Shown: positions 1 through 8,885 of the stretch, piece by piece
How the letters are laid out: each line of letters begins with the position of its first letter
How positions within the stretch are numbered: the stretch's first letter is position 1
NCBI GenBank assembly: GCA_038890615.1
Contig: JAWAFI010000001.1
Location: forward strand, 227,836-291,835
Origin: Candidatus Anstonellales archaeon
Lineage (GTDB): Archaea > Micrarchaeota > Micrarchaeia > Anstonellales > J096
Length of the DNA: 64,000 bases
Direction of reading: 5' to 3'
Position numbers and translations under genes: made by a program
The notes under the pieces: generated by a model
Seen by the model: only the letters and a program-made list of their open reading frames with translations
What the model was told of the DNA's origin: nothing
Databases searched by the model: none

Positions 1-657
1 TATGCACCTTTCCTTTATAAGCATATTCAGCACTTCCTTTACTCTGGCAGGTGCAACAGAATGCTTTTGTGAGAATTCCTCAACGCTGAACTCCCCCTCA
101 TTGGCGGTTATCCATTTTATTATTAGGCTTTTCAGCTCATCATCGCCCAATGCCTCAAGCTCTGCTATCCTTGACTTCAGTGCATCGTTCTGCTTCTGGA
201 GCTCTTCAGTAAGGCGCAGGTTCTGCTCGTTGAGCGAAAGAAGCTCCTTATGCTTTTCCTGAAGCTCATCATAAGCTTTGGTTATTTCTACCATCGAGCC
301 CTTGCGCCTTATCTCTGCTGAAAGCACCTGGTTGCCTTCCCTAATAAGCGGAAGTATGGCTCCTGCAACTGAAGCGCCATCAAAATCGTAGAAGCCATCG
401 AGTGCCAGTATTAGCGAAAGTGCTGCCTCTGCTGCCTCCAATCCTCTTTTTGCAGAGCCGTTTGAATAGGTGAACTCAATCCCTTCAGCCCCAAGCTTTG
501 CAGAATACCAAACCGCTTTCTGCCCTTCGCTGTCTCTGCTCTCAACTATCTCAAAGCCAACCCAGCCGTCCTTGATCTCTACTGAGCTGAACCTAAACCC
601 CTTAAGCAAAGGGAGCAGTTCCTTTGCTGGCTTTTTCCTTGATCCTTTAATCATCAT
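1..657 (-). CDS. Hypothetical protein with coiled coil and probable C-terminal winged helix (runs off the window edge); last visible gene of the VirB4-like operon
   Basis: Not in the ORF track. Manual translation from ATG at 657 gives MMIKGSRKKPAKELLPLL...YDELQEKHKELLSLNEQNLRLTEELQKQNDALKSRIAELE...LIIKWITANEGEFSVEEFSQKHSVAPARVKEVLNMLIKERCI, open to base 1. Overlaps the stop of the ATPase gene. Confidence 0.75.
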   Translation of the reverse strand, partial: MMIKGSRKKPAKELLPLLKGFRFSSVEIKDGWVGFEIVESRDSEGQKAVWYSAKLGAEGIEFTYSNGSAKRGLEAAEAALSLILALDGFYDFDGASVAGAILPLIREGNQVLSAEIRRKGSMVEITKAYDELQEKHKELLSLNEQNLRLTEELQKQNDALKSRIAELEALGDDELKSLIIKWITANEGEFSVEEFSQKHSVAPARVKEVLNMLIKERCI

Positions 658-2059
658 CAAGAACCACCTCAGCCACCTTGCCTTTTCTTGTGCTCATGAG
701 AGCAAAAGTGTTCATTATCTCCTCTTCCTTTGCCCCTAATGAGCGGAAAAGCATCATTATGCTTACCCTTGAAACCCCGAATGCCTGAAGCCTTTTTGCA
801 AGCTCAACTGAGTCAACGCTGCCTTCGTTGTCCTCAAAAAACTCCTTGATTGCTGTGACCTGCTGCTCCTCAAGCCCTGCCTCTTCCATAAGCCTAATCA
901 CCTTCTCCCTTTCTGCCTTGACATCCATCTTACCACCTATTGAATATACAAGGAACGGCTCTTCGCCTTCAACCCTTTCAAGCATGAACACCTCCTTGCC
1001 TGCCTTCTTCTTTGAAAATGCCATTGAAACCGCGCACTGCCCAACAGGGGCGCTTGCTATAGATTCCTCCACAAAAGAAGAGAACCCTAAGGACTTGCGC
1101 ATGTATTCCCTGCTTTTGCCTGAGATCATCCTGAACATGAAAGCAGTGCCTGAATTGCTCAGCACATCAGGATGTATGTCCTCAGGGCTTTGTGAAGCCA
1201 CTATGACCGAAAAGTTGTACTTGCGGCCTTCCCTGACTATTGCGATTAGGTCGCTCTCGTCGCTCCTTGCCACCTTCCATGCCTCATCAAGGACAACTAT
1301 GAGCTCAACGCCCTTGCTTTCACTTACCCCTTTTTTGCGCATTTTCTCCTTTATCAGCTGGAGCACTGCAAGCCCTGCAAGGCTTTTCATGTCCTCGCTT
1401 GGAAGCTGGCTTAGGTCTATGCAGGTAAGCCTTTTGCTGAGCACAGTGTCTATAGACATGCCTTCTGAAAAAACATCAGATCCCTGAATCATCATGGTCT
1501 TTACAAGGCGCGCTGCCTTGCTCTTGCTTTTTCTCAGCAAGGAATAGAGTGTCACTATGTCTTGCCTTTTCCTTGAGTACATCTTTTGCAATGCGTCCTC
1601 TATGTCCGCCCTTTCTTCTGGGTACTGCTTCAGCCCAAGCAGGATGTCCAATGCGCCCATTACTCCTTTTATCTTTTCCCCTGGGCTTATGCCTTGCAGG
1701 GAAAGAACATTGAATTTATGCTTGCCAAGCCTGTATACAGTGCCTCCTGCCTGCTCAACCCATCTAACGTACTCACCTACCCAATCTATTATTACGGTGT
1801 TTGTTTTCCAAAGTATAGAAGCTCTTGTTATGAATGTTTTTAGCAGGTAGCTCTTGCCGCTTCCGCTCATTCCAACAACAACTATGTGTGGGTTCACGAG
1901 CCGTGAAGGGTTCCACAGCACAGGCACCTTCCTGAAAAGGGTCCTTCCTATATAGACGCCTTCTGAAGCGCTTGAATATAGCGCAGCCCAGCTAGGCTCT
2001 GGAGCAGAAACAAGAGGCACAGCCCATGCTGTCCCGCTTGCAAAAAGCCTCTGCATCAT
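647..2059 (-). CDS. VirB4/HerA/FtsK-superfamily ATPase (CedB/TraE-like, DUF87-type)
   Basis: Walker A HIVVVGMSGSGKS, Walker B IVVLDEAW, arginine-finger motif REGRKY, ASQSP. ATGA overlap with the upstream gene. Confidence 0.85.
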   Translation of the reverse strand: MMQRLFASGTAWAVPLVSAPEPSWAALYSSASEGVYIGRTLFRKVPVLWNPSRLVNPHIVVVGMSGSGKSYLLKTFITRASILWKTNTVIIDWVGEYVRWVEQAGGTVYRLGKHKFNVLSLQGISPGEKIKGVMGALDILLGLKQYPEERADIEDALQKMYSRKRQDIVTLYSLLRKSKSKAARLVKTMMIQGSDVFSEGMSIDTVLSKRLTCIDLSQLPSEDMKSLAGLAVLQLIKEKMRKKGVSESKGVELIVVLDEAWKVARSDESDLIAIVREGRKYNFSVIVASQSPEDIHPDVLSNSGTAFMFRMISGKSREYMRKSLGFSSFVEESIASAPVGQCAVSMAFSKKKAGKEVFMLERVEGEEPFLVYSIGGKMDVKAEREKVIRLMEEAGLEEQQVTAIKEFFEDNEGSVDSVELAKRLQAFGVSRVSIMMLFRSLGAKEEEIMNTFALMSTRKGKVAEVVLDDD

Positions 2060-2781
2060 TCTGCCACACCTGCAAGCTCCCAAAGCTCATTGTCCCTTGC
2101 AATTGAAACTTGGGCGTTTAATGCAGAGCCAAGTATGGTGCTAAGCTCCCTTGCATATGCCCTTGCCCTTGCCAGGCTTTCGTCCCTGCTGAAGCCAGAG
2201 GCATGGGTTGATGCGTACATCTGAACATCCACTGTCTTTTCGCCCTTGGCTATCCTTTCCAGCATCCTGTCCCACATTGAGCATTCCCTTTCAAGCCCCC
2301 TCCTCTCAAAATCGTCCCTTGCCTTGGAAAGCTTTGCCTCTGCATAGCTTCTCCTTTCCTTTATCTCATCAACCATTTTTGACATGTCAACAGGCGCAAC
2401 CCTCATTGAAATGCTGAATGGCAGGTTCACTGAAGATACAACCCTGTGGAAGTTCCTTAGCATGCCCAGCCCCTTGTCCTCGCTGTCTATTGCGCTTTCG
2501 TAGAGCCATATCTTAAGGAAGCAGTAAGCTATGTAGCCGTCTTTCGATGAGGTGACAAGCGCATCCCTTTCAGGGACCATCTCATACCTTCCCCTTTTCT
2601 CTGCGATTCCCAAGCTCTTTGTTACTTTTGGGAAGAAAACATTGCCATAGTTATGCACTGCAACTGCAAGAAGGGCAAAGAAGGCGCAGGCTGCTGCAAA
2701 AAGGGCAGAGCCAAGCGCGATTGCAAGCGCAAAAGAAAGCACGCAAAACCCAAACAGCAGGTAAAATGAAACATCTTTCAT
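2056..2781 (-). CDS. Membrane-anchored protein resembling the VirB4 N-terminal (TrsD-like) region
   Basis: Two N-terminal TM helices, then an alpha/beta region with a helical hairpin (FHRVVSSVNLPFSISMRVAPVD...ERIAKGEKTVDVQMY). ATGA overlaps on both sides. Confidence 0.55.
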   Translation of the reverse strand: MKDVSFYLLFGFCVLSFALAIALGSALFAAACAFFALLAVAVHNYGNVFFPKVTKSLGIAEKRGRYEMVPERDALVTSSKDGYIAYCFLKIWLYESAIDSEDKGLGMLRNFHRVVSSVNLPFSISMRVAPVDMSKMVDEIKERRSYAEAKLSKARDDFERRGLERECSMWDRMLERIAKGEKTVDVQMYASTHASGFSRDESLARARAYARELSTILGSALNAQVSIARDNELWELAGVAE

Positions 2782-3677
2782 ATGATACCACCCGGAATGC
2801 TGGGGCCTAAGGTCCATTCTACTACCACTACCAATGATACAATAGCCCCAATCAAAGGCACTATCAGAAAGTATACAAGCTCGGCGCTTATTGCCCTGTT
2901 GACTGCCTGCACTGCGTAAAGTATGTCTTCCACAAATCTCCCTTGGCTAAGCTGGTCAAGCTTTTCTGCAACTGCATAGTTGCTGTTTATCTGGGCAACA
3001 GGAGGGGAGCTGTAAAGCGGGTTTTCAAGCACAGACGATACTGCCTGCTTGGCATCAGAAATCACTTCATCAGGAAACTGGACCATTAGGAAGATTGCTG
3101 GAAAAAGCAGGAAGAAGGAGAAGGAGAATGCAACAAGGAAGTTTCCAGCCCTTCTTGTGATGAAGAAAGCGCGCAGCAAAAGGCCAAGGGGCAGAAGGAA
3201 GGAAAAGGCAGCTGCCTCTATTAGCTCGGAGAAAGAATGCGCCAACCCGATCATTGCTGTGCTTAAGAGAAGGAGGTTAAGCTGTATTGAAATGAGGCCT
3301 GCAAGGTGGGAAAGGTTGGCAAGCGGGGCTATTGTTACCTGCGAAAAGTCAAGCACAAGCGATTGGTAATAGCCAACAAGCATTGAAAGCTGGGAATGGA
3401 GGTCAATGAGCTCAGTTGTTTCTTGCGCAATTCCGGTAAGGTAGCATGGGATAATCCCTATGCCCCCCCTTTCACAGCCCTGGAGGGTTACGATGCTCAA
3501 CGAAAGGGCTTCGATTAGGGCAAATGAGCCAACTATTGCTGCATTGATCACTGCCTGGAAAAGCTCATCTTTACCCATAAGGGAAAGCCTTGTGATGCCA
3601 AATGCAGTGCCTATGCCGAGGAGCATCCCTCCTAAAACTACAGTTATGCCAACAGCAGCTGCTGCAAGCTCAAGCAT
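2778..3677 (-). CDS. Polytopic membrane protein, VirB6/TrbL/CedA-like
   Basis: About 5-6 hydrophobic segments; LLPLGLLLRAFFITRRAG motif; lies between the pilin and ATPase genes. Confidence 0.55.
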   Translation of the reverse strand: MLELAAAAVGITVVLGGMLLGIGTAFGITRLSLMGKDELFQAVINAAIVGSFALIEALSLSIVTLQGCERGGIGIIPCYLTGIAQETTELIDLHSQLSMLVGYYQSLVLDFSQVTIAPLANLSHLAGLISIQLNLLLLSTAMIGLAHSFSELIEAAAFSFLLPLGLLLRAFFITRRAGNFLVAFSFSFFLLFPAIFLMVQFPDEVISDAKQAVSSVLENPLYSSPPVAQINSNYAVAEKLDQLSQGRFVEDILYAVQAVNRAISAELVYFLIVPLIGAIVSLVVVVEWTLGPSIPGGII

Positions 3678-3681
3678 AGCC

Positions 3682-3939
3682 CTAAGCCGGCTTAAGCAAC
3701 CCTGATGAGACCTGCACTATTATGTCTGATGCCCCTGCTATTGCGGCTATTATGACTCCGCCTATAAACATGCCTATGGCTGTTGACTGCCATCTGCCCC
3801 TTACTTCTGCAGGCTGTGTGGCGCTTAGGCCATAGATAATCCCTGCAAGGACAATCAGGAGGACTCCGACCATTGGGGCGATCTCTTTGAGGCCGCTGTA
3901 CATGTCCGTAAGGACCTGCTGTAATTGAATCGCAAACAC
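3682..3939 (-). CDS. VirB2/TrbC-like conjugative-type pilin
   Basis: 85 aa with two hydrophobic helices separated by a short charged loop (QPAEVRGRWQ). First gene of the operon; TTTATAAA about 25 nt upstream. Confidence 0.65.
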   Translation of the reverse strand: MFAIQLQQVLTDMYSGLKEIAPMVGVLLIVLAGIIYGLSATQPAEVRGRWQSTAIGMFIGGVIIAAIAGASDIIVQVSSGLLKPA

Positions 3940-4041
3940 GATATTATATGCTTTGACAATTTATAAAACTTATGCTTAGGGAGTTAGGCGCAGCCCTTAC
4001 AATTGGAATAGAGTTTAAATACTCTATGGTGAAAACCCAAT

Positions 4042-5259
4042 ATGGCAGATACAAAATCAGTTTATGTTATTGCAGCAGTGCTGCTGGTGCTGGCAGCAGC
4101 AGTGGCATTCGTGCTTATGCAGAAGCCAGTGATGCAAGTGCCCCTCAACAAGCAGTTTGATTTGCGGGAAGGGGAAACAATGAAAATAGAAGGAGCAATT
4201 GAAGTGAAATTCATAAGGATAGTTTCTGATTCCAGATGCCCGGCAGGGGTTAAGTGCGTATGGGCAGGGGAGGCAGTGGCAGAGATAGAGGCAAAGAACG
4301 GGAGCGAAAGCTATGGGCTTTACAACCTCTCTTCCCTTTACCCAGAGAAGGGCGCTGTAAGCGTAAAGGGGTTCACGATAAGGATGCTCAAGGTTGAGCC
4401 GCAGAAAGAGCAAGGCGAAAAGCCATTGGATTATGTAGTAACATTTGTTGTTACCAAGGAGAATGTCAGCGATTTTGAGAGCTGCGCAGCTGCTGGCTAT
4501 CCCATAATGGAATCCTACCCAAGGCAGTGCAGGGCTTCTGATGGGCGGCTTTTTGTTGAGCAGGTTGCGCCCCTTTGCATGGAAAACTCTGATTGCGCAA
4601 CCGGCTTCTGCAAGGAAGGGGTTTGCTCAACCTTCCAGCCATCCTTTTCGTGCTCTGCTGATTCTGACTGCATCTTAATAAACCAAGAGAACAAGCTCGG
4701 GTGCTGCTGGGCTGGATACTGCGATGCCATAGATTATTCAAAGGAGGAGTGGATAGCAGTGAATAAGCAGTGGTTCAGCTCTGAAAGGGAGCTTTACTGC
4801 CCTCCAGAAGAGGAATGCGGGCCTTCGCCAGAATGCCCAACAGTGGTGGTCAACAGCAGCTATGAAGCAAAATGCATTGAAGGGGTTTGCGAAAAGGCGC
4901 AGGTTTTGCCTTATGATGTGGAGGCAAGTATAGGAAATGAATTTTCGCTCAGGATAGGCGAGGCAGCCCTTATAAAAGGGCATGGGATTTATATAAAGGT
5001 TGGGGATGTTGCTGCTGATTCTAGGTGCCCAGAAGGAGTGCAGTGCGTATGGGCAGGGGAGGCAGTTGTGATAGTTGAGGCCTACAAAGGAAGTGTTTTG
5101 CTAGGGGTGTTCAATCTCTCAACGCTCGACCAAACCAAAAGAGCAGGTGGGTTTGGAAGCTACTCTGTGGAGCTTGTAAAGGTTGAGCCTGCAAAGCAAG
5201 CCGGGAAGAACATAGCAAAGGAAGACTACATAATAAAGCTAAGCGTCTCTAGGGCATAA
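4042..5259 (+). CDS. Membrane-anchored secreted cysteine-rich protein with a duplicated DSRCP-x4-CVWAGEAV domain
   Basis: N-terminal TM; two copies of DSRCPxGVxCVWAGEAV; ESYPRQC module; several Cys clusters. Confidence 0.75.
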   Translation: MADTKSVYVIAAVLLVLAAAVAFVLMQKPVMQVPLNKQFDLREGETMKIEGAIEVKFIRIVSDSRCPAGVKCVWAGEAVAEIEAKNGSESYGLYNLSSLYPEKGAVSVKGFTIRMLKVEPQKEQGEKPLDYVVTFVVTKENVSDFESCAAAGYPIMESYPRQCRASDGRLFVEQVAPLCMENSDCATGFCKEGVCSTFQPSFSCSADSDCILINQENKLGCCWAGYCDAIDYSKEEWIAVNKQWFSSERELYCPPEEECGPSPECPTVVVNSSYEAKCIEGVCEKAQVLPYDVEASIGNEFSLRIGEAALIKGHGIYIKVGDVAADSRCPEGVQCVWAGEAVVIVEAYKGSVLLGVFNLSTLDQTKRAGGFGSYSVELVKVEPAKQAGKNIAKEDYIIKLSVSRA

Positions 5260-5755
5260 GCTTTTTTGACTCTGAAAGGAGGAAATCAAGGCATTCCTCC
5301 TTCTTCCCTTTTTTCCTGTTCCACTTGCGCACTATTGCCTTGTATGCATTTGTTCTCTGCTTGATGAGGTTAGGGCTTATGCCCATCCCTTTGAGCTTGA
5401 AGAGGATGCGCGGAAGCAATGGGCAAAGCGCCCTTGGGTGCATGCTTCCATCTGACCTATAGGGGTAAGCCCTGCACACAAGAGGGGCAAAGCTGTGTAT
5501 CATGCAGGTTGTTCCTTTTAAGAATATGCAGGGGTTTGACTTAAGGGCAAGCACGTGCTCATGCATCTGCCCCTTTTCATAGCACTCAAGCACTGTGTCG
5601 TTGTCAAAGGAAAGGAGGCGAAGTGGGACTATTTCGGCAAATGATTCTGGCCTCTTTTTGGCTTTCTGGGCAATCTCAAGCACATCAAAAGAAGTAACTG
5701 TAATAGTATAGGTTGAGCAGCAGAGGGCCTTGCAAAGGGAACATATGCTTGGCAT
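5249..5755 (-). CDS. YkgJ-family cysteine-cluster (Zn/Fe-chelating) protein
   Basis: CxxCxxxCC at the N-terminus; PCIFL...CMIH..APLVCRAYP. Confidence 0.8.
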   Translation of the reverse strand: MPSICSLCKALCCSTYTITVTSFDVLEIAQKAKKRPESFAEIVPLRLLSFDNDTVLECYEKGQMHEHVLALKSNPCIFLKGTTCMIHSFAPLVCRAYPYRSDGSMHPRALCPLLPRILFKLKGMGISPNLIKQRTNAYKAIVRKWNRKKGKKEECLDFLLSESKKLMP

Positions 5756-5805
5756 TTTACCTATTCACCTAATATGCTTTTTAATTGTTATGCGTATCTC
5801 TATCC

Positions 5806-6741
5806 ATGATCTCGCTCATCCCTTTCCTGCTTTCGCTGGCCCTCTCGCTTCTCATCTACCCTAGCGCAATAAGGGCCTTAGAAGAGAGGAAGTTCGTTGG
5901 CTTGGATGTACACAGCAAGCGCTATATACCGGAGGCAGGAGGGATAGTTGTGGTAGTCTGCTTCCTTATCTTTTCCCTCCTTTCAATGGTTTTCTTTGAA
6001 GTGAATGAAACTGCTTACCTTTCAGCAGTGCTTACCATATTGTTCATGTCATTTATAGGGCTTGTTGACAACCTTATGAGCATAAGGCAGTGGCAGAAGA
6101 TGCTTATACCTCTTATAGCAGCGCTCCCGCTTGTGGTGCTGAAAGAAGGGGTTACAACCATGGCCCTGCCATTCATAGGGGCTGTTGACTTTGGGATTTT
6201 CTACACATTCCTGCTGATACCTGTGGGGGTGTCTGTTGCCTCAAACCTAAGCAATATGCTTGCCGGCTACAATGGCCTTGAGACTGGAGTTGGGCTTGTG
6301 ATACTGCTCGCCCTTATGCTTTTCTGCTACATCAATGGATATACAGAAGGAGTGCTCATAGCAGGGGCCTTGGCAGGAGCCCAGCTCTCGCTTTTCATAT
6401 TCAACATCTACCCTGCAAGAGTATTCCCGGGCGATGTAGGCACGCTTACAGTGGGCGCTGCTGCTGCCTCTCTCTCAATCATAGGCAACTTTGAGGGATT
6501 TGCAGCTATGCTTTTCATACCGCATGCTGTTGACTTCTTCATAAAGGCAGCAAACAAATTTCCTCATAGCATAATGCAGGATGAAGTCAAAGATGGAATA
6601 ATAGTGCCGAAGAAGGTCTATGGTTTCACGCAGCTTGCGCTTAAGCTGAAGCCAATGACAGAAAGGCAGCTTGCCTATGCTTTTATTGCAATGGAAATCA
6701 TTGTAGCTCTGGCAGCTTTCGCAGTGTATTTAAAACCGTAA
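5806..6741 (+). CDS. MraY-like glycosyltransferase family 4 (AglH-like UDP-GlcNAc:dolichyl-phosphate GlcNAc-1-P transferase)
   Basis: IPEAGG, NMLAGYNGLE and FNIYPARVFPGDVGT motifs; multiple TMs. Confidence 0.85.
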   Translation: MISLIPFLLSLALSLLIYPSAIRALEERKFVGLDVHSKRYIPEAGGIVVVVCFLIFSLLSMVFFEVNETAYLSAVLTILFMSFIGLVDNLMSIRQWQKMLIPLIAALPLVVLKEGVTTMALPFIGAVDFGIFYTFLLIPVGVSVASNLSNMLAGYNGLETGVGLVILLALMLFCYINGYTEGVLIAGALAGAQLSLFIFNIYPARVFPGDVGTLTVGAAAASLSIIGNFEGFAAMLFIPHAVDFFIKAANKFPHSIMQDEVKDGIIVPKKVYGFTQLALKLKPMTERQLAYAFIAMEIIVALAAFAVYLKP

Positions 6742-6774
6742 CACTTTTTAATAACTTATACAACAAAATTAAAT

Positions 6775-7626
6775 ATGGGAGCATGGGATTTAAAGGATGT
6801 TATTGAAAGGCTTGCTGGGGTTTCTCAGCTATACCCCCCTATAGAGATATTCCAAAATACAGAGGATGATGTACGTGGTGTAATCAAAAGGATGCTGAAA
6901 AAGGGGAAAATGCTTGAGGAGAAAGAAGGGGAATTGGTAAATTGGCTTAAAACTATGATTCCAGAAATAGGAAAAAGGCTTAGCCTAATCTTTTACGGAA
7001 GGGCTGTCTATGGCTGTGGTAAGCAGCCACCTCTTACTGATATTGATGTGCTTGTGGAGATAAAGGATGACAGCGCCTTAAAGGAAATTAAGATAATGGA
7101 GGCAGTGAATTTCCCCCACAAGCCAATCTTCCTCCATGTAAATACAATAGAGAAGATAAAATGTAATCATAAAGCAGAAGAGCTGGCTTTAAGCTGGAGA
7201 AAGCTCTGCTTTGCCAACACGCTTTTGCTAGCCTGCGAAGACCCAGGCCATTGCTTATTAGGATTCATTGAGAAATCCAGAAAGGCGCTCATGGAAAGCC
7301 CATTCTTTAATGGGGGGATTGGTGAATTAATAACATACGCTGCTTACAAAGTAGTATACCTAAAGGAGAAGGAATTTTTCAGCAAGGGATTTGACACTAA
7401 TGAAGTATTCTTTAAGAGCATTAAAACGCCTTATATAGACATTGATATGTGCTATGACCTTTTAATGCACAACAAAGAAGTAAGGGAGGAGCTTGCCAAC
7501 AGGTTTGAAGAAGAGGAAATAAAAGAGATAACTTCTGCTGCACTAAGAAGGATAGGGGTAAAGAAGGAACTTAGAGAAGGGATTAAGAGTAAGTTTGTGG
7601 AAGAGATAAGGAAGCTAAAGAAGTGA
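6775..7626 (+). CDS. Hypothetical protein with a Pol-beta-type nucleotidyltransferase-like motif
   Basis: FYGRAVYG-x8-DIDVLV resembles hG[GS]x9-13DxD. Confidence 0.5.
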   Translation: MGAWDLKDVIERLAGVSQLYPPIEIFQNTEDDVRGVIKRMLKKGKMLEEKEGELVNWLKTMIPEIGKRLSLIFYGRAVYGCGKQPPLTDIDVLVEIKDDSALKEIKIMEAVNFPHKPIFLHVNTIEKIKCNHKAEELALSWRKLCFANTLLLACEDPGHCLLGFIEKSRKALMESPFFNGGIGELITYAAYKVVYLKEKEFFSKGFDTNEVFFKSIKTPYIDIDMCYDLLMHNKEVREELANRFEEEEIKEITSAALRRIGVKKELREGIKSKFVEEIRKLKK

Positions 7627-7627
7627 G

Positions 7628-7700
7628 TGGGCCCGCCCGGATTCGAACCGGGAACCTCCACTGTGTGAGAGTGGCGTCATAGCCATTGGACCACGGGCCC
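7628..7700 (-). tRNA. tRNA-Val(CAC), intronless, no encoded CCA
   Basis: GGGCCCG acceptor stem, anticodon arm CCACT-CTCACAC-AGTGG, T arm CCCGG-TTCGAAT-CCGGG. Confidence 0.95.
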
Positions 7701-7707
7701 TGTACCT

Positions 7708-8256
7708 TTATGGCCTTCCCGGAGGCAGTGACGGCTTTGAGAAAAGGAAATACTTCTCTTGGCCCTTCAACTCATTTATTATCCTGTCTGTAAAGGACTT
7801 TACAGGGTCTATGCCATGCACCCTTGCCCTTATGTCTTCAAAACTTTCGAAAGGCTTTGAATCCCTTTCCTTAAGTATGTGCTCCACATGCTTCTTGCCT
7901 ATTCCTGGGAGCAATTCAAGCTGGTGCACCCTTGCTGTTATTGAGCCAGCGCGGTTGAAGAAGTCAACAAACTCTTTCTCCCTTGACTCTATAACCTTCT
8001 TCACAATGATCTCCATGTTATCTTTTGCAGAAGAGCTTAGCTCGCTGTATTCCATCTTCTTCTTTATCTTTGTAATCTCATCCCTCTTGTCCTTCCCAAC
8101 ATAAACCCTCTTGCCAATAGGCAGGAAAACATCGCTTCTTGAGGTTGCCAGAAGAAGTGTAAAGAACTTCTCCCCAATAAGCTGGACAAGGGCCTCGCTC
8201 TCCTTCTGGTATGCCCTCTGCGGGATAAAGTCAATTACATAAGCATAATCTTCCAT
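7708..8256 (-). CDS. DUF655 family putative RNA-binding protein
   Basis: YVGKDKRDEI and HQLELLPGIGKK (HhH) motifs; conserved L21e-Rpo4-DUF655 synteny. Confidence 0.9.
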   Translation of the reverse strand: MEDYAYVIDFIPQRAYQKESEALVQLIGEKFFTLLLATSRSDVFLPIGKRVYVGKDKRDEITKIKKKMEYSELSSSAKDNMEIIVKKVIESREKEFVDFFNRAGSITARVHQLELLPGIGKKHVEHILKERDSKPFESFEDIRARVHGIDPVKSFTDRIINELKGQEKYFLFSKPSLPPGRP

Positions 8257-8260
8257 GGTC

Positions 8261-8563
8261 TCACTTCGCTGTTATTGCAAGAATGGCCTTTACCTGCTCA
8301 TCGCTAAGGTCTGTTTTAGTTAAAGTGGCTATTGTCCTCACTATGTCTTGGTTCTTTGGCTTTATGTTTGCAAGTACAACCGCAAGCTCCCTGTTGCCTA
8401 CGATCTTCTCAAGCTGGCCTGCTGCCTTTTCATCAAGCTCAGCAAACTTTTTTGCGTAATCAAGTGTCTTAGCCTGCTCCCCTTCTAGGGTTTCCTCCCT
8501 TTTTTCCAATAGCTTCAGCACTGTATAAAGGGTTACTGCCTCTTTCTCCTTTACCTGCATCAC
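8261..8563 (-). CDS. rpoF: RNA polymerase subunit Rpo4 (RpoF)
   Basis: EQAKTLDYAKKF, LANIKP; synteny with L21e and DUF655. Confidence 0.85.
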   Translation of the reverse strand: MMQVKEKEAVTLYTVLKLLEKREETLEGEQAKTLDYAKKFAELDEKAAGQLEKIVGNRELAVVLANIKPKNQDIVRTIATLTKTDLSDEQVKAILAITAK

Positions 8564-8835
8564 TTCACCTTCTTGAGATTCAAAGGCAACACTATGAGCT
8601 TCTTTGGCATTGAGAAGTCCATTACTTCAACTACATAAGCTTCCCCCCTTCTTTCCACTATTCTCCCTGCCTTTCCGTGGTACCTTGGCGCTGGGTTTGA
8701 GGTTGAGCTGGGGTCAAGCATGACCACCACCCTGTCCCCTACCGAGAACTCCTTTATGACCTTGGCAGGGGTAACCTTCTTTTTCCTCCCTAGGCGCCTC
8801 GTCCTTTTGCTCAGTGTTCCCTTCGATCTCTTCAT
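8560..8835 (-). CDS. rpl21e: 50S ribosomal protein L21e
   Basis: KRSKG...FSVGDRV...PRYHGKAGRIVERRGEAY. Confidence 0.95.
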   Translation of the reverse strand: MKRSKGTLSKRTRRLGRKKKVTPAKVIKEFSVGDRVVVMLDPSSTSNPAPRYHGKAGRIVERRGEAYVVEVMDFSMPKKLIVLPLNLKKVK

Positions 8836-8885
8836 GGTTAGGATTTCTGCTATACCTTTTTAAATATTAACTCTTTAAAAAGAGC

